From Octopus bimaculoides (taxonomy: Eukaryota), in NCBI RefSeq assembly GCF_001194135.2, contig NC_068986.1, forward strand, positions 58,169,044-58,233,043: a DNA stretch of 64,000 nt, in the 5' to 3' direction. Each line of letters opens with the position of its first letter. Position 1 is the first letter of the stretch. The translations under genes and the position numbers were made by a program. This document shows positions 25,913-39,137 of the stretch, in pieces. The notes below the pieces were generated by a model, which saw nothing but the letters and a program-made list of their open reading frames with translations, ran no database searches and was not told the origin of the DNA.

Positions 25913-26930
25913 GTGTGCATGTAAATTAGTAATCGTTTGTCAGCGCTCCCATCTGAAAGGGGGTACCACTCTTGTTATTTGTGCCTGTGTCGCCCGCCGA
26001 CACGCCACAGAACTACAGCAACACCTCCCACTCTCCCTCTCTTTCTCTCTCTCTCTCACTGTCACAGACTTCCTCCTTCTCCTACTCCTCCTACTTCAGT
26101 TTGTTGTTGTTGATGTTTCTTGTTTCTTGTCTTTGAATATTTCTTTCCCTTGTACTTGTCATCTTCCACAACACAGTACATCTCTTTCTCCTACTCCTCC
26201 TACTTCTGCTCTGTATACTCTCACTCCTCCCACTTTCTGAGCCTCACTTTCATTAATTCTTCCGTATAGAAAAAATAAAATACAATAAAATAAAACGAGA
26301 ACATGGAAAATGAAAAATAACAAAAAAATTAGAATCATCATCATTATCATCAATAACAAAATCAGTCACATCAGCAGTAGCAACAGCAACACGTTGAATT
26401 GATATTATTTTACTTTTAAACCGATGGAAACGTTTACCGAAGCAATCCACAATAAACATTTTCTTCGTAAAACCACATACTTTCATTTACACACACATAC
26501 ACACACAAATATACATACACACACACAACTAGTTAACTAGATAGATAGATTAAGACAAGGCATAAATGTTGGTCATTACATATTACTTTACCGCAATAAA
26601 TTCGAGTTATATATATTATATATACATATGTGTGTGTATGTATGTGTGTGTGTGTGCGTATGTTTGTATGTATGCATGCATGTATGTATGCATTGTTCTT
26701 CCAATTTCCACAAGGCATTAGTTCGGGTTGAATCCAGCCCAACCACGCAGATTGAACCCGTACTCACGTGTTTCCACACTGAACTACTAAACCACGCAGT
26801 TATAGCTGTAGATTCTTTCTGTGAATGACTGAAGTTCTCGTCCTCATGGTAAAAGTCGGGAGATTTTCAGATAACCACCACTAACCATTCGTTGCGTTCA
26901 TCATTCTCTCTTCGGAATCAATAGGGATGA
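25386..26930 (-). promoter_or_regulatory. Putative 5' UTR / promoter region of the candidate Pax2/5/8 gene
   Basis: Non-TE, CpG-retaining unique sequence interleaved with triplet and dinucleotide repeats directly upstream of the ATG. A second minus-strand donor (GTGAGT, + strand actcac 26762-26767) could end a non-coding upstream exon. Confidence 0.4.
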
Positions 26931-26998
26931 TATGTATGTATATGTGTATGTATGTATGTATGTGTGGTATGTGCTTGTGTATATACATATATATATAT

Positions 26999-27162
26999 AC
27001 CAGGTGTGGCCGTGGAGTAAGAATTTTGCTTCACAACTACATGATTCCGGGTTCAGTCTCACAGCGGGACAACTTGGGCAGGTGCCTTCAAAAATAGCCT
27101 AAGGCCGACCAAAGCCTTATAAGTAGATTTGGTATATGGAAACTGAGAGAAGCCAGTCGTGT
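26999..27162 (+). mobile_element. 5' half of a family B SINE
   Basis: caggtgtggccgtggagtaag...ccgggttcagtctc...ggccgaccaaagcc...gagaagccagtcg, then a long (AT)n. Confidence 0.8.
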
Positions 27163-27169
27163 ATGGGTG

Positions 27170-27231
<62 letters not shown>

Positions 27232-27444
27232 ATATACATATATGTATATATATACATACATATATTATATGTGTGCGTGTGTGTGTGCAAATGTATATAT
27301 ATATATATATAAATATGCACACACGCACACATAAATCTATGTATATATACCAAGCGTAAGGAAAAAGAACTTCAATATTTAGTTATATTCAGAGTTAATA
27401 AAAATTTATTGTGATTATTATTATCATCATCATCATCAGCATCA

Positions 27445-27499
<55 letters not shown>

Positions 27500-27502
<3 letters not shown>

Positions 27503-27713
27503 GGCGGTGAGCTGGCAAAATCGTTAGCATGTTGGGTGTCGTGCTTAGCGGTATTTTGCCCCTCGCTACGTTCTGAATTCAAATTCCACCGAGGCCAAAT
27601 TTGCCTTTCATCCTTTTGGGTCGATAAATCAAGTACCAGCTGAGTACTAGGGTCGATGTAATTGACTATCCCCTTCCCCACAAATTCCAGGCCTTCTGCC
27701 TATAATAGAAAGG

Positions 27714-27749
<36 letters not shown>

Positions 27750-27968
27750 CTGTTGAGCTGGCAGAATTTTAGCACGCCGTGCGAAATACTTAGTGGTATT
27801 TCGTCTGTCTTCGTGTTCTGAGTTCAAATTCCACCGAGGTCAACTTTGCCTTTCATCCTTTCTGGATCAATGAAATAAGTACCAGTTACGCACTTGGGTC
27901 GATTTAATCAGCTTGACCCTCCCCCATAATTTCAGACCTTGTGCCTATAGTAGAAAGGATTATTATTT
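27500..27968 (+). mobile_element. Two tandem family A SINEs joined through an (ATT)n tail
   Basis: Full copy at 27500-27749 (taaggcggtgagctggcaaaatcgttagc...agaaagg(ATT)n) and a second at 27749-27968. Preceded by an (ATC)n(ATT)n tract. Confidence 0.9.
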
Positions 27969-27994
27969 AAGTTGCTGAAGTAGAACCCTTGACC

Positions 27995-28340
27995 CTAGCA
28001 TTTCCCCGGGACTAGTAAGATGCATATCGCTAATATTTCTGCTCTAGGTCAACATCTGCCGGAAATACATGAGGATGGAAGATTCCAGAGGGTCGATATT
28101 CCAAAGATAAAGGATTGGATATAGCAGTGAGGAGAAAGAGGTAATGGGCGCAACAATTTTGACGAGAGGTGGGTCGGCATTACTTCAGTGATGTAGGTAA
28201 GAAACCTGTCTTTTCATGGAAGGAGAGGCCATCATAATAGCGACAGAAAAGGCCAATAGGAGGAGACAAACTCGCCTGTGGGCGTACTCATCAGTGATGG
28301 AGTGCCATTCAACCGAGTGGCCTTCTCTAGATGGGATCTA
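27995..28340 (-). mobile_element. 3' end of a CR1/L2-group (Daphne/Crack-like) LINE ORF2, degenerate
   Basis: Minus-strand translation with frameshifts gives HRR...LFCRYYDGLS...PHVFPADVDLEQ, resembling the HRR...LFYRYYHG...WNSLPSHVFP C-terminus of this group. Confidence 0.6.
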
Positions 28341-28639
28341 GGGTGTCAGTGTACGCTGTATTTACGGCGACTTTCAGATTACAACTTTTCGCTACAGCTT
28401 ATCGTATTGTAATGGAACGACTTGTATATACGTTCCATGGTTGATCAAACAAGCTTTGAAAATACAGATTCCAAAAGTCTGACGTTCGTAATTTAAATTT
28501 TATCGTTTAATGAAATAGAATATAAATATAACTGAAAATTTACACAATTTGATACTGTAGAATTTTACATATGCATTACTAAGCCTTTTCTTAAGACTTT
28601 GGTAAGAATTTTAGGGACTCCTGATTAGAGACTGTGAAA

Positions 28640-29620
28640 TTTGGGTGATAATGCACACCAGGAAATCTTTATATACCTCAAATATGGTTTGGGTCAAAGG
28701 TAATCATGATGAGTTATTTGACGTGGTGATTTGACTATGGGCTTCTTTGATGGGACTCAGTTTTATTAGCTAGTTGAATTATAGGAAATTCTACCTCACA
28801 GTTTTCAGCCTTTGTAGAAATGATGGCCTATTATTTTACGCTATATAAATGAATGGCCACCAGTTTAAAATCTTAGGAAGGATCTTGTTAATGCACTTCA
28901 AGGGTTTAGCTTAATGTCAGTTATTACCAGCATCAAGTAGTTAATTTTGAAGACATTACGTTTGACTTAAACACGTGTATACATCCCTTGTATAGGAAAC
29001 CCCCCACAAAAAAAGACTGTTAAAAAGTCCCCCAATTACCTTCCAGCAATCATAAAGAATTTAGTGAATAACATTAGCCTTTGCATTTCTAAAGTTTTTG
29101 TCTGTAAATGATATTGTTAACTTGTATCACTCTATTACAATAATGCCTTTAAAAGATGGTTTCAATGAAGAAATGCAATACATTTCACTTCGTAACAACT
29201 CGTAGAGCCATCAAAATCTCGTAATCGTGACATCATCTGGATTAATAATACTAACAGCATGGAAGTGGCATACAATATTGCCAAGCCTTTCTTAAGTCAA
29301 ATAAAGAAGCGATTTCCAATTGGCCAACTATACTACACATATACTCCTTGAAAGTTAGCGACAGTTGTAATACCAATGTGAAAAATCTGATTTTCGGCAA
29401 AGACAGAAAAAATTGCAATAGCAGCTTTTCCTTGTTTAACCAACTTACGTCTCAGTAGTTGGTATGCTGTACTAATGTGAAGGTGGCAGACCACAGTAAA
29501 ATGGAGAACCCCACTGGGACCGTCTAAGAACAGGATGGTCTGCAATTCACCAAAGAATTGTAATTAAAACACTGTATTAAAAGTCGATTTAATTAAACGA
29601 ACCCTTTAAGTTTGTAACAA
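28640..29620 (+). pseudogene. Degenerate Penelope-like element (Naiad-type) RT and start of the GIY-YIG region
   Basis: Motifs in expected order: IMHTRKSLY..VWVKG..ELFDV (from 28648), TMGFFDG (28734), SLCRNDG (YRDDG-like, ~28810), VVNFEDITFDLNT..PLYRKP, SRNRDIIWINN..MEVAYNIAKPFLSQIKKRFP (29232) and KVSDSCNTNVKNLI. Many stops and frameshifts. Confidence 0.85.
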
Positions 29621-30837
29621 TAAATCACTATCAAATTTAACTAGATAATTTAGTATTATCCTAACCATCATCAGCATCAGCATCATTAGGATGACGCAGT
29701 AGCAGAATCGCAAGAGCATCGGACAAACTATTTTATGGTATTAACTCCTGCTCTTTTATGAATTCAAGGCCTGTGGAAATCAACTTTGTCTTCCATCCAA
29801 CGGAATCGATAAAATCAAGTATCAGCCAAGTACTAGAAGCGGCAGCATCAACTAACTCCTACCATCAAAACTGTTGACCTTAAGATTAAATTAGAAAATT
29901 TTGGATTAGCAGAATCGTTTAAAGCTCAGGAACAAAAAGAAAAAAAAACAAAAAAAAAACGCTTTACTGTATTTGTTCCGGCTCTTTACATCGAGGTCAA
30001 ATCCTGTCTTTTATTCTTTCAGGCTCGATGTAATAAAGCCCCAGTCGACGGTATCGACTAACTCTTTCACCTGAAAATTGCTGGTCTTATATATATATAT
30101 ATATATATATATNNNNNNNNNNNNNNNNNNNNNNNNNNNNNNNNNNNNNNNNNNNNNNNNNNNNNNNNNNNNNNNNNNNNNNNNNNNNNNNNNNNNNNNN
30201 NNNNNNNNNNNNNNNNNNNNNNNNNNNNNNNNNNNNNNNNNNNNNNNNNNNNNNNNNNNNNNNNNNNNNNNNNNNNNNNNNNNNNNNNNNNNNNNNNNNN
30301 NNNNNNNNNNNNNNNNNNNNNNNNNNNNNNNNNNNNNNNNNNNNNNNNNNNNNNNNNNNNNNNNNNNNNNNNNNNNNNNNNNNNNNNNNNNNNNNNNNNN
30401 NNNNNNNNNNNNNNNNNNNNNNNNNNNNNNNNNNNNNNNNNNNNNNNNNNNNNNNNNNNNNNNNNNNNNNNNNNNNNNNNNNNNNNNNNNNNNNNNNNNN
30501 NNNNNNNNNNNNNNNNNNNNNNNNNNNNNNNNNNNNNNNNNNNNNNNNNNNNNNNNNNNNNNNNNNNNNNNNNNNNNNNNNNNNNNNNNNNNNNNNNNNN
30601 NNNNNNNNNNNNNNNNNNNNNNNNNNNNNNNNNNNNNNNNNNNNNNNNNNNNNNNNNNNNNNNNNNNNNNNNNNNNNNNNNNNNNNNNNNNNNNNNNNNN
30701 NNNNNNNNNNNNNNNNNNNNNNNNNNNNNNNNNNNNNNNNNNNNNNNNNNNNNNNNNNNNNNNNNNNNNNNNNNNNNNNNNNNNNNNNNNNNNNNNNNNN
30801 NNNNNNNNNNNNNNNNNNNNNNNNNNNNNNNNNNNNC

Positions 30838-31175
30838 CCAGTTAGAATTTTCTTCGGGTCGAGTAGCCCATCCTGCTTAAAAGGTCCCTGAATAAGGCTT
30901 GTTTAAGGATGTTGAACGAAGCACCCATGTTTCCAGAGATGAATTATCCAAACTCCAAAGAATTCCTCTCAACACATGGCTATGATGCACATATCGTCAG
31001 CCACTAAGGGACATGCTCAACTGTTTAAGGTCAAACAACTGAAAGCAAATCTGTGGTATTGAGCAGAATATTTGCTGTAGCTCATCTTTTATACCAAGAC
31101 AAGACAATGAGCATAACACTTCCAATCAGTTAAGATGAGAAGCCATGAAAGCCATTGCCTGGTATTGCATCGGGG
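30838..31175. repeat. Probable interspersed repeat abutting an (ATT)n/(ATC)n tract
   Basis: Non-coding, GC-richer block ending at the (ATT)n at 31176. It resembles a recalled octopus repeat, but there is no second copy in the window. Confidence 0.3.
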
Positions 31176-31190
31176 TATTTATTATTATTA

Positions 31191-31280
<90 letters not shown>

Positions 31281-31281
<1 letters not shown>

Positions 31282-31460
31282 TAAGGCGGTGAGCTGGGAC
31301 GAAATGCTTAACAGTATTTCGTCCGTCTTTACGCTCTCAGTTCAAATTCTACAGGGTCGACAAAAGAAGTATCAACTCAACGCTGTGGTCGAAGAAATCG
31401 ACTTACTCCCTTCCCGCAATAGCAGGAGTTTTAAAATTTGAAATAATTATTATTGTTGTT
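31281..31460 (+). mobile_element. Family A SINE with internal deletions
   Basis: taaggcggtgagctgg...gaaatgcttaacagtatttcgtccgtctttacgctctcagttcaaattc, directly after (ATT)n(ATC)n. Confidence 0.75.
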
Positions 31461-31614
31461 GAAGAGTAGAGATGTTACAGAATCGATAGCCCACAAGACA
31501 AAATACCTTGCTTTATTTAATTAACGTTCTCTCAGTTCAAATCCTAATTAAACCAGTTTTGCTTTTTTCTCATTCCGAAATATTTTTGTTGTAAACCGTA
31601 CCACGGATAACGCA

Positions 31615-31890
31615 GGCATGTTTATGTGGTTAAGAAACTTGCTGTGTAATCACGTTGTTTTGTGTTCACTTCCACAGCGCGGCATTTTGGGTATCTTCTA
31701 CTGTAGTTGCAGGCTTTGTGAATGAATTTGGTAAATGAAAACTGTGTGGAAGCTCGTAAATATGTGTGTGTCACCCCCACCATTTGACAACCGGTGTTAG
31801 TTTGTTTTTGTTTCCATAACAGCGGTTCTGCAAAATAGACCGACAGAATGTGTACTAGACTTCAAAAAATAAGTAGTAAGGTCGATTTAA
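31615..31890 (+). mobile_element. Degenerate family B SINE
   Basis: atgtggttaagaaacttgc head, ttgacaaccggtgttag and gcggttctgcaaaatagaccgacagaatg body motifs. Confidence 0.7.
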
Positions 31891-33077
31891 AAAACAAATA
31901 AGTAACAGCAGAGTAATAGCGGTGATGGTTAGATGCTTTAAATGAACGATGGACCCGAAATTCTCACAAATGGGTGAATTTGAGGAAGCTGTTCAGAGTA
32001 TTAGCACTTCTATATCCACTATTTTGGAAAGGCTAGTTATCCGCCAAATCTCATACGCCTTCTCCCAACTCACAATAGTGTACCAATGTGAAAAATCCTT
32101 AGACCGACGAAGGCAAGTTAACTTTTAGAGACGATAAAGCTTCCGGGTATATGACTCTACAATCTTTGTTTCAATGTCTGGCTGAAGCTACTCACACAAC
32201 GTCATTTCCTTTGAAAAAAAAAAAAAAAAGAACGACATAACTTCCATTTACCACCCACACTATGCATTCGATGTACCGCCGAAAACGTAGCACCGATTGT
32301 AAAGCGGTTGCTCCTTTCAGCTGTCGCAAACATCATCAACAGCATAGCCAAATGAAGGAATCGTTTCAACTTGTTAGAAACAGCAGTCAAATTTCATTTA
32401 AATCTGTCTTTCAAAAATAATAGCGCACACTGGATAACACGGACTGGGATACACTGTTTGAATGAATAAAAAAAATGCGATGGCTTTAATTGGAATGTGT
32501 TTATTTGATCATGAAGCCGAACTATTATTGCTGACTTGGGACTAAATAATATCAATGACACATCTTACCACTAACAACATTAACCGATCGATCTTCCGTC
32601 TATTACGACGATGAGCATTCAGTTGTTCAATCAACTGAACGACCGAAAGTGGCTCGGTATTCCAGAAACAGTGCGTCTTCTTTTAATGTAACTTAATTAC
32701 ATTTAAATAACAGGTACAATCCATCCGACGAATAGCCACTTACAAGGTTTGAGTCGGCCCGCAAGTACTTGCCCAAGATGCCTTGCGACAGATTCGAACC
32801 CAGAAACTGTTTAAATCATTCGACTATATTTGTGCCCTGGTAACGCTGTCAATAACTTAGTGTAGCTAGTACCCACTGACACGACCATCATCACAGCCTT
32901 TGTAGTCACTACCACGAAAACCAACGCCACCACTAACAACAGGCACAATTACCACTACTAACAAGAATAGACTAGAACCATTAATTACCAGCCACCATCG
33001 CCACAACGGCAGCAACAACGGTATTACCACCACGGTTTCTTTCACCACTAATAACATCAAAACAACTGTCACCATCG

Positions 33078-33108
<31 letters not shown>

Positions 33109-33711
33109 AAGAAAATATCATCAATGCTAACAGCTTTACCGCCGACGCCAACAGCAGCATATGAGTCAACGAAGGTGCCTCAAGAAGGATGCTTGACTTA
33201 CTAGAAATAGCGGCCAAATTTCACTTCAGTCACATCATGCGGTTTCAGGTTGCATGCATATAAGGGGAAAAGGGCCCAATCGGGACTAAACAACACCACC
33301 ATTACCACCATCATCGCATCGACCAACGAGGGAGCCGCGAAGTGGCCGCAGATCTCACTAAACAGGTAGTCTTCATTTCCATGTAAATGGTGGCGGGGAG
33401 AGCGAGACATGATGGTCACGGCTGGAATAGCTTTTTTCACATGTCAAAGCTATACAACTGAACTTTAGGCAACCACCACCACCACCACTGTCATTATTAT
33501 TAACACCATCACCAACATCACCGATACACGACTACAATTAATAACACCGTGGCGGCTGCCAATCCCTCTGCTAACTCCCACATTCACTTAATTATTTTGT
33601 TAACTTTTTTTATTATTTGTAGTTTTACTATTCACAACTTTACTTTTTCTTTTTTGTTTTCATATTTTTCCCTCAATTTACTTCACCCTTTTTAGCTTTC
33701 TCACACACTTT

Positions 33712-33787
<76 letters not shown>

Positions 33788-34263
33788 TATTTCCTTTCCA
33801 CTCTTCAAGTCTATGATTGCAATTATTTCTACTTTTCTAATCGGCCATCACTCTCATTCATTATAACAGGCCATCTATCTATCCAATTACACACGCACGT
33901 GTATATATATATNNNNNNNNNNNNNNNNNNNNNNNNNNNNNNNNNNNNNNNNNNNNNNNNNNNNNNNNNNNNNNNNNNNNNNNNNNNNNNNNNNNNNNNN
34001 NNNNNNNNNNNNNNNNNNNNNNNNNNNNNNNNNNNNNNNNNNNNNNNNNNNNNNNNNNNNNNNNNNNNNNNNNNNNNNNNNNNNNNNNNNNNNNNNNNNN
34101 NNNNNNNNNNNNNNNNNNNNNNNNNNNNNNNNNNNNNNNNNNNNNNNNNNNNNNNNNNNNNNNNNNNNNNNNNNNNNNNNNNNNNNNNNNNNNNNNNNNN
34201 NNNNNNNNNNNNNNNNNNNNNNNNNNNNNNNNNNNNNNNNNNNNNNNNNNNNNNNNNNNNNNN

Positions 34264-34304
<41 letters not shown>

Positions 34305-34311
34305 GTATATA

Positions 34312-34470
34312 CAACGGGCTTCTTCCAGTTTCCATCTACCAAATCCACTCACAAGACTTTGGTCGGCCCGAGGCAATAGTAGAAGACACTTGCCTAAGGT
34401 GCCACGCAGTGAGACTGCACTCGGAGTCATGTGGTTGGTAAGCAAGCTACTTACTGTACAGCCACTCCTG
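34312..34470 (-). mobile_element. 5' half of a family B SINE
   Basis: acgggcttcttccagtttccatctaccaaatccactcacaag...cagccactcctg, nearly identical to 7305-7461. Confidence 0.85.
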
Positions 34471-34599
34471 CGCCAACGTATATATATACATACATATTTG
34501 GACACGTATATACAACACATATATGCATATATGTATATATGCGTACGCTTACCGATACATGCATACATACATACATACATATATGTGTCTTGTTTATGT

Positions 34600-34710
34600 T
34601 CCCGTCCCTTTTTTGTCCAGGTTTTTTTGACGTCCTGTACCCGGATATGTGTCTATATATACATGTAGATGTAGATATGTACATATATGTATGTATATAT
34701 GCATATGCTC
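34600..34710 (+). repeat. Unclassified family D repeat (copy 1 of 3)
   Basis: acgtcctgtacccggatatg...acatgtagatgtagatatgtacatatatg. Homologous to 41985-42065 (+) and 49650-49760 (-). Confidence 0.75.
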
Positions 34711-37059
34711 ACATATCATTTGTATTATTATTATTATTATATATATATATAATGGACTTTCTTAAGAGTTTGTGTTGAAAGTATTCGTCGGCTATATAGA
34801 AGGCATTTTCCCAGGTTGCCACCCTGTAGGACTGAACCAAAAATAACGTGGTAACTAAGTGAACTTCTTAACCATATAGCCATGTTTGTGTGTGTACAAA
34901 TAGATGTACGACTGCTACTCTTAAGTTTAGAGCTCCACGTAGGATAATCCTCGTCCAGTCTGCTTCTAGTATAGTATTTAAGCAACTACTATACTTAATG
35001 GTAATGCTGGTTATGATATACAGAGCAAACTCGTGTTCATCGTAATTTCTCATATACATTATATGTAAGTGTATATATGTGTGTGTGTGTATATAAACAT
35101 ACAGTATTATTCTAATACATTTTATGTATTTCTCCCTATTAAATTCTCCTTCCTTCTCTCGATCCTTACCCTTTCCTCCTCCCCTTCCTGCCTCCATTTA
35201 CCAGCAACAAAGTGAACTCCCACTAACAATACTACCGTCGCTGCCAACGTTACAAAACTGCAACTAACGAAGAAGTAATTACGCGAGCAGCTAAATCCCC
35301 CTTAAATTACACATTACAGCCTTAAAAAAAGAAATAACATAAAACACTGTAGTCTTATAAACAATATACCTGACTTTAGAAAATGTATGATTGCAGGTGG
35401 AATGCATGTCACAGGATAGATCTGTTGGACTCCAGATGACCTAGGGCTAACACACACAACACGCGCGCATACACATTCACCCCCCACATACACATATATT
35501 AATGTTTGTTTTGATATGAAGTTAAATGCAAAACCAATTTAACATTAAACTAAAGGGTAATCACTTAACTTTTTCGCAGAATACATATTTATTAATTTTT
35601 ACAAAGAGAAAGTTGACAGAGACTTCGAAGTTTCGGCTTCACGTCGAGGTCACTGTGAATCCTATTGTTGCGAAGCTACACACACGCACCACGAGATTCG
35701 GCGCAGTTTCCCTCTACCAAATTCATCCCAAAGACATTGATTGGTTATAATAATAATAAAAAAAGAAACCACTCGAAATAGGATAGCGTATTGGGACTGA
35801 ACCCGAAACCACGTGTTTGCGAAATGAACTTCTCAACCACGCACATGTGCGAGCGCATCTGTGCGCGTGCGCGTGCGATGAGAGAGAGAGAGAAGACAGC
35901 AGTGCATAGATAACAAAATTAAGAAGTGGGAGTGCGTCAGAGCGACATAACAGCAAACCGTAACTAGGAAAGAGATACCAAGGCATAGATATACAGAGAG
36001 GGAGAGTGGAGTACTGTAAAACACGCGTAGAGAGCGTAGAAGAGATTCAGATTATGTGTGTGTGTACGCGTGTGTGTTCACATGCACATACATGTAGTTC
36101 TACGCTATCTGGAAGCTTGTTTCACTATACTTACATTCCTTCTCTCTCTATATGTTACATCTCTCTTACACTCCTACTCTCAGTTTGCCTTTACATCTCT
36201 CTGACGCACTCCCACTTCTTAATTATGTATCTGTGCACTTCTCTCTCCCCCCTCTCTGTCTGTCTGTCTGTCTCTGTCTCTGTCTCTGTCTCTCCCCCTC
36301 TCTCTATATATATATATCTATATATCCATCTATTTCACGCTGTTTTCCTGTCTGTTGTTACCGACTATCTTTTCTCACTTTTACTCTCCCTTTTAAGTCT
36401 GTGCCTCTTTCTCCTCCTCCTCCTCCTCATGCATACACATAAAAATCGTCGCACATTTCTGTTCATTCTTCTACAGCTACATCTCACTTTATATCGACAC
36501 CATCGAAATACTACAACTACTAGTAGTAGTAGCACTAGTAATAGCAGCAGCAATGGAAGCAGTCAGACCCAACAGTAAAGCCCTTTGGGTGTGTGTTGCC
36601 TAAAACATAGCACCTAAATCTCCCTCCTCGAATCACATATCTTACAATTTTTGTTTTGTTGGCTTAAGTCACTGGACCTGAGGCCATACTGGGGCACCAC
36701 CTTGAAGTCTTTAGTGCATCAAATTGATCTCCGATCTTATTTTAAGTGACTTATGCACTTTTGCCGAACTGCTAAGTATCGAAGATTAAAAAAAACAAAA
36801 AACCCCAGCCCAAACATGTAGTCCTAAGTAGTTCTACAAACCTTAAGCAACAACCACTAACACTGACACAGCAGAGCGGCACTTACACAACTGCTGTTGG
36901 TACTACAGCTGCTTCAAGTATTCCAGGAAATCCAACACCGGCATTGAAGACGCTACATTCACCCCCACCCCCACCCCCATCATCTCACGGAAAACTACAA
37001 TCAATATCTCCATGACAGTAAAATATCAAAAGAAGAGATGATCACCGTTGGAAATCATT

Positions 37060-37415
37060 CATTTTTTACTTGTTTCAGTCATCAGATAGCGGCCATGCTG
37101 GGGTACCGTCTTGAAGAATTTTAGTCAAACGAACCTACCCCAGGACTTATTTTTTAAAGCCAGGTATTTATTTTATCTTTCTGGTGAGATGTTAGTTTAC
37201 GGGGACGGAAACACACCAGCATTGGTTGTCAAGCGGTGGTGAGGGACAAATATAAACACTAAAACACACACGCACGTATGTGTATACAACGGGCTTCTTC
37301 CAGTTTCCGTCTAGCAAATCCATTCACAAGGCAATGGTCGGCCCGAGGCGAAAGCAGAAGACACTGAACCCTGAGCTATGTGGTCAGGATACGAACTTCT
37401 TACCATGCAGCCACG
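37060..37415 (-). mobile_element. Full-length family B SINE
   Basis: Runs from the tail (ttttacttgtttcagtca) through the body to the head (cttaccatgcagccacgcct). Confidence 0.82.
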
Positions 37416-38376
37416 CCTACGTCTATTTTTGATTAATCCTAAATATACAAAAATGATAGGATCGTCACGGCTAGAACCACTTTGGGCTGAAATGGAACCG
37501 AACAACAACACTAACACCACCACTGTGACTAACACTGTCGTTACCATCAACATCATTTCGCTTCCTCACTCTCTTTACACTGTGTCCCAGAGCTACTTTA
37601 AAGTAGTTGGTTGCGGCAGAGCGGAATCACGTTGGATACAGGAGTTGTCTTTAAAATTTCATATTTATATGCCTTTATAAATGTTTAAAAATTCAATCCA
37701 AAGGCAGGTGAGATTTTTGAATACTGAGTGACTTCCATCTAACAAAATGTTGTTACCAAAATGTTGTTGATGTTTCTGATATCGGTGTTGTTTAGTTCCT
37801 GGGTAGCTCTGATTGAGGGAGTCATATGCATACATATAAATTGTGGCTTTGTGGTAAGAAGTTTGCTTTTCAAACACATGGTTCAGAAAATCCATGAAAG
37901 CCTTGTTCCACCATTGCCGCAGTCAAGTGAGTGAAATAAGTGAAAGATATATATATATATATATATGTATGTATATATATATATATATATNNNNNNNNNN
38001 NNNNNNNNNNNNNNNNNNNNNNNNNNNNNNNNNNNNNNNNNNNNNNNNNNNNNNNNNNNNNNNNNNNNNNNNNNNNNNNNNNNNNNNNNNNNNNNNNNNN
38101 NNNNNNNNNNNNNNNNNNNNNNNNNNNNNNNNNNNNNNNNNNNNNNNNNNNNNNNNNNNNNNNNNNNNNNNNNNNNNNNNNNNNNNNNNNNNNNNNNNNN
38201 NNNNNNNNNNNNNNNNNNNNNNNNNNNNNNNNNNNNNNNNNNNNNNNNNNNNNNNNNNNNNNNNNNNNNNNNNNNNNNNNNNCTCATTCGCTCGGCGCTC
38301 AATGAAAGTAAATAAATATAACAAGTGGTAATTAAAATAGCAGGATCTAATGAAATATGCATTTGCACTCTCTCCC

Positions 38377-38377
<1 letters not shown>

Positions 38378-38413
<36 letters not shown>
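38378..38413. repeat. (TTTC)n microsatellite
   Basis: Perfect tttc run. Confidence 0.9.
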
Positions 38414-38432
<19 letters not shown>

Positions 38433-39137
38433 TGTCTCTCACTCTCACGAATGCGTTGTGTTCTTAAGCAAAACACTCCATTACACATTGTTCCTGTCCA
38501 CCTAGCTGTAAATGAGTTGGAGCAATAATGAGAAGTTAACTCTGCAACAGACGAGCGATCTGTTCAAGAGAGAGTATTGTCATCTCAGTCACTTATACGC
38601 TATACAAATCAAGTTAAGCTCTGGCCTTATGAGTCTTAAGGCTCATAACAGACCTAAATCCTAAGTAATTGTTACTAATTACATTTAAAAACAATGACGA
38701 ATAGGAAACTCCCGATGAAGATTGTGTATGAAATACTGCATTAACGCTTTCAAAGTCAATATTTCTTGATTTCATTATTTTGTCATCTTTTCATGTGTGC
38801 CTCGTAAGAAATAAGCACTTATCTTTTCATTTTTGTTTGTTTGTTTTGTTACATTATTTATCAGTTTCTGTATGCATGAAGGAGACCTTTCTGCTGGTAT
38901 TGTAGATGCCATTTAAAAAAAATTTTTTTTTACAAATTCTCGAAAACAAAGGCCAAACACTATTTTAAAAAGAAGTCCTACCTTCGTTTATTCTAGTGAA
39001 ACTAACTCTAGACTTCTTCAGAGTGTTTTGCTTTTTAAAAATCCAAAGTAAAATGTTCATCTACTTTGGTAATGTCCAAATCTCCAATCACTTCCAGCTA
39101 TCAAGAGTAACTGTGTCATTAAGACAGCTCAGCAGTT

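Noticed and set aside
29333-29545. Protein-looking minus-strand ORF MQTILFLDGPSG...
   Set aside because: It is the antisense of the degenerate PLE RT/EN region on the plus strand.
36800-37015. ~70-codon S/T/P-rich open frame on the plus strand
   Set aside because: No start codon or credible acceptor, low complexity, and sandwiched between SINE fragments.
38627-38648. 22-bp near-perfect palindrome ttatgagtctt/aaggctcataa
   Set aside because: Short, AT-rich and isolated, so plausibly chance in 64 kb.
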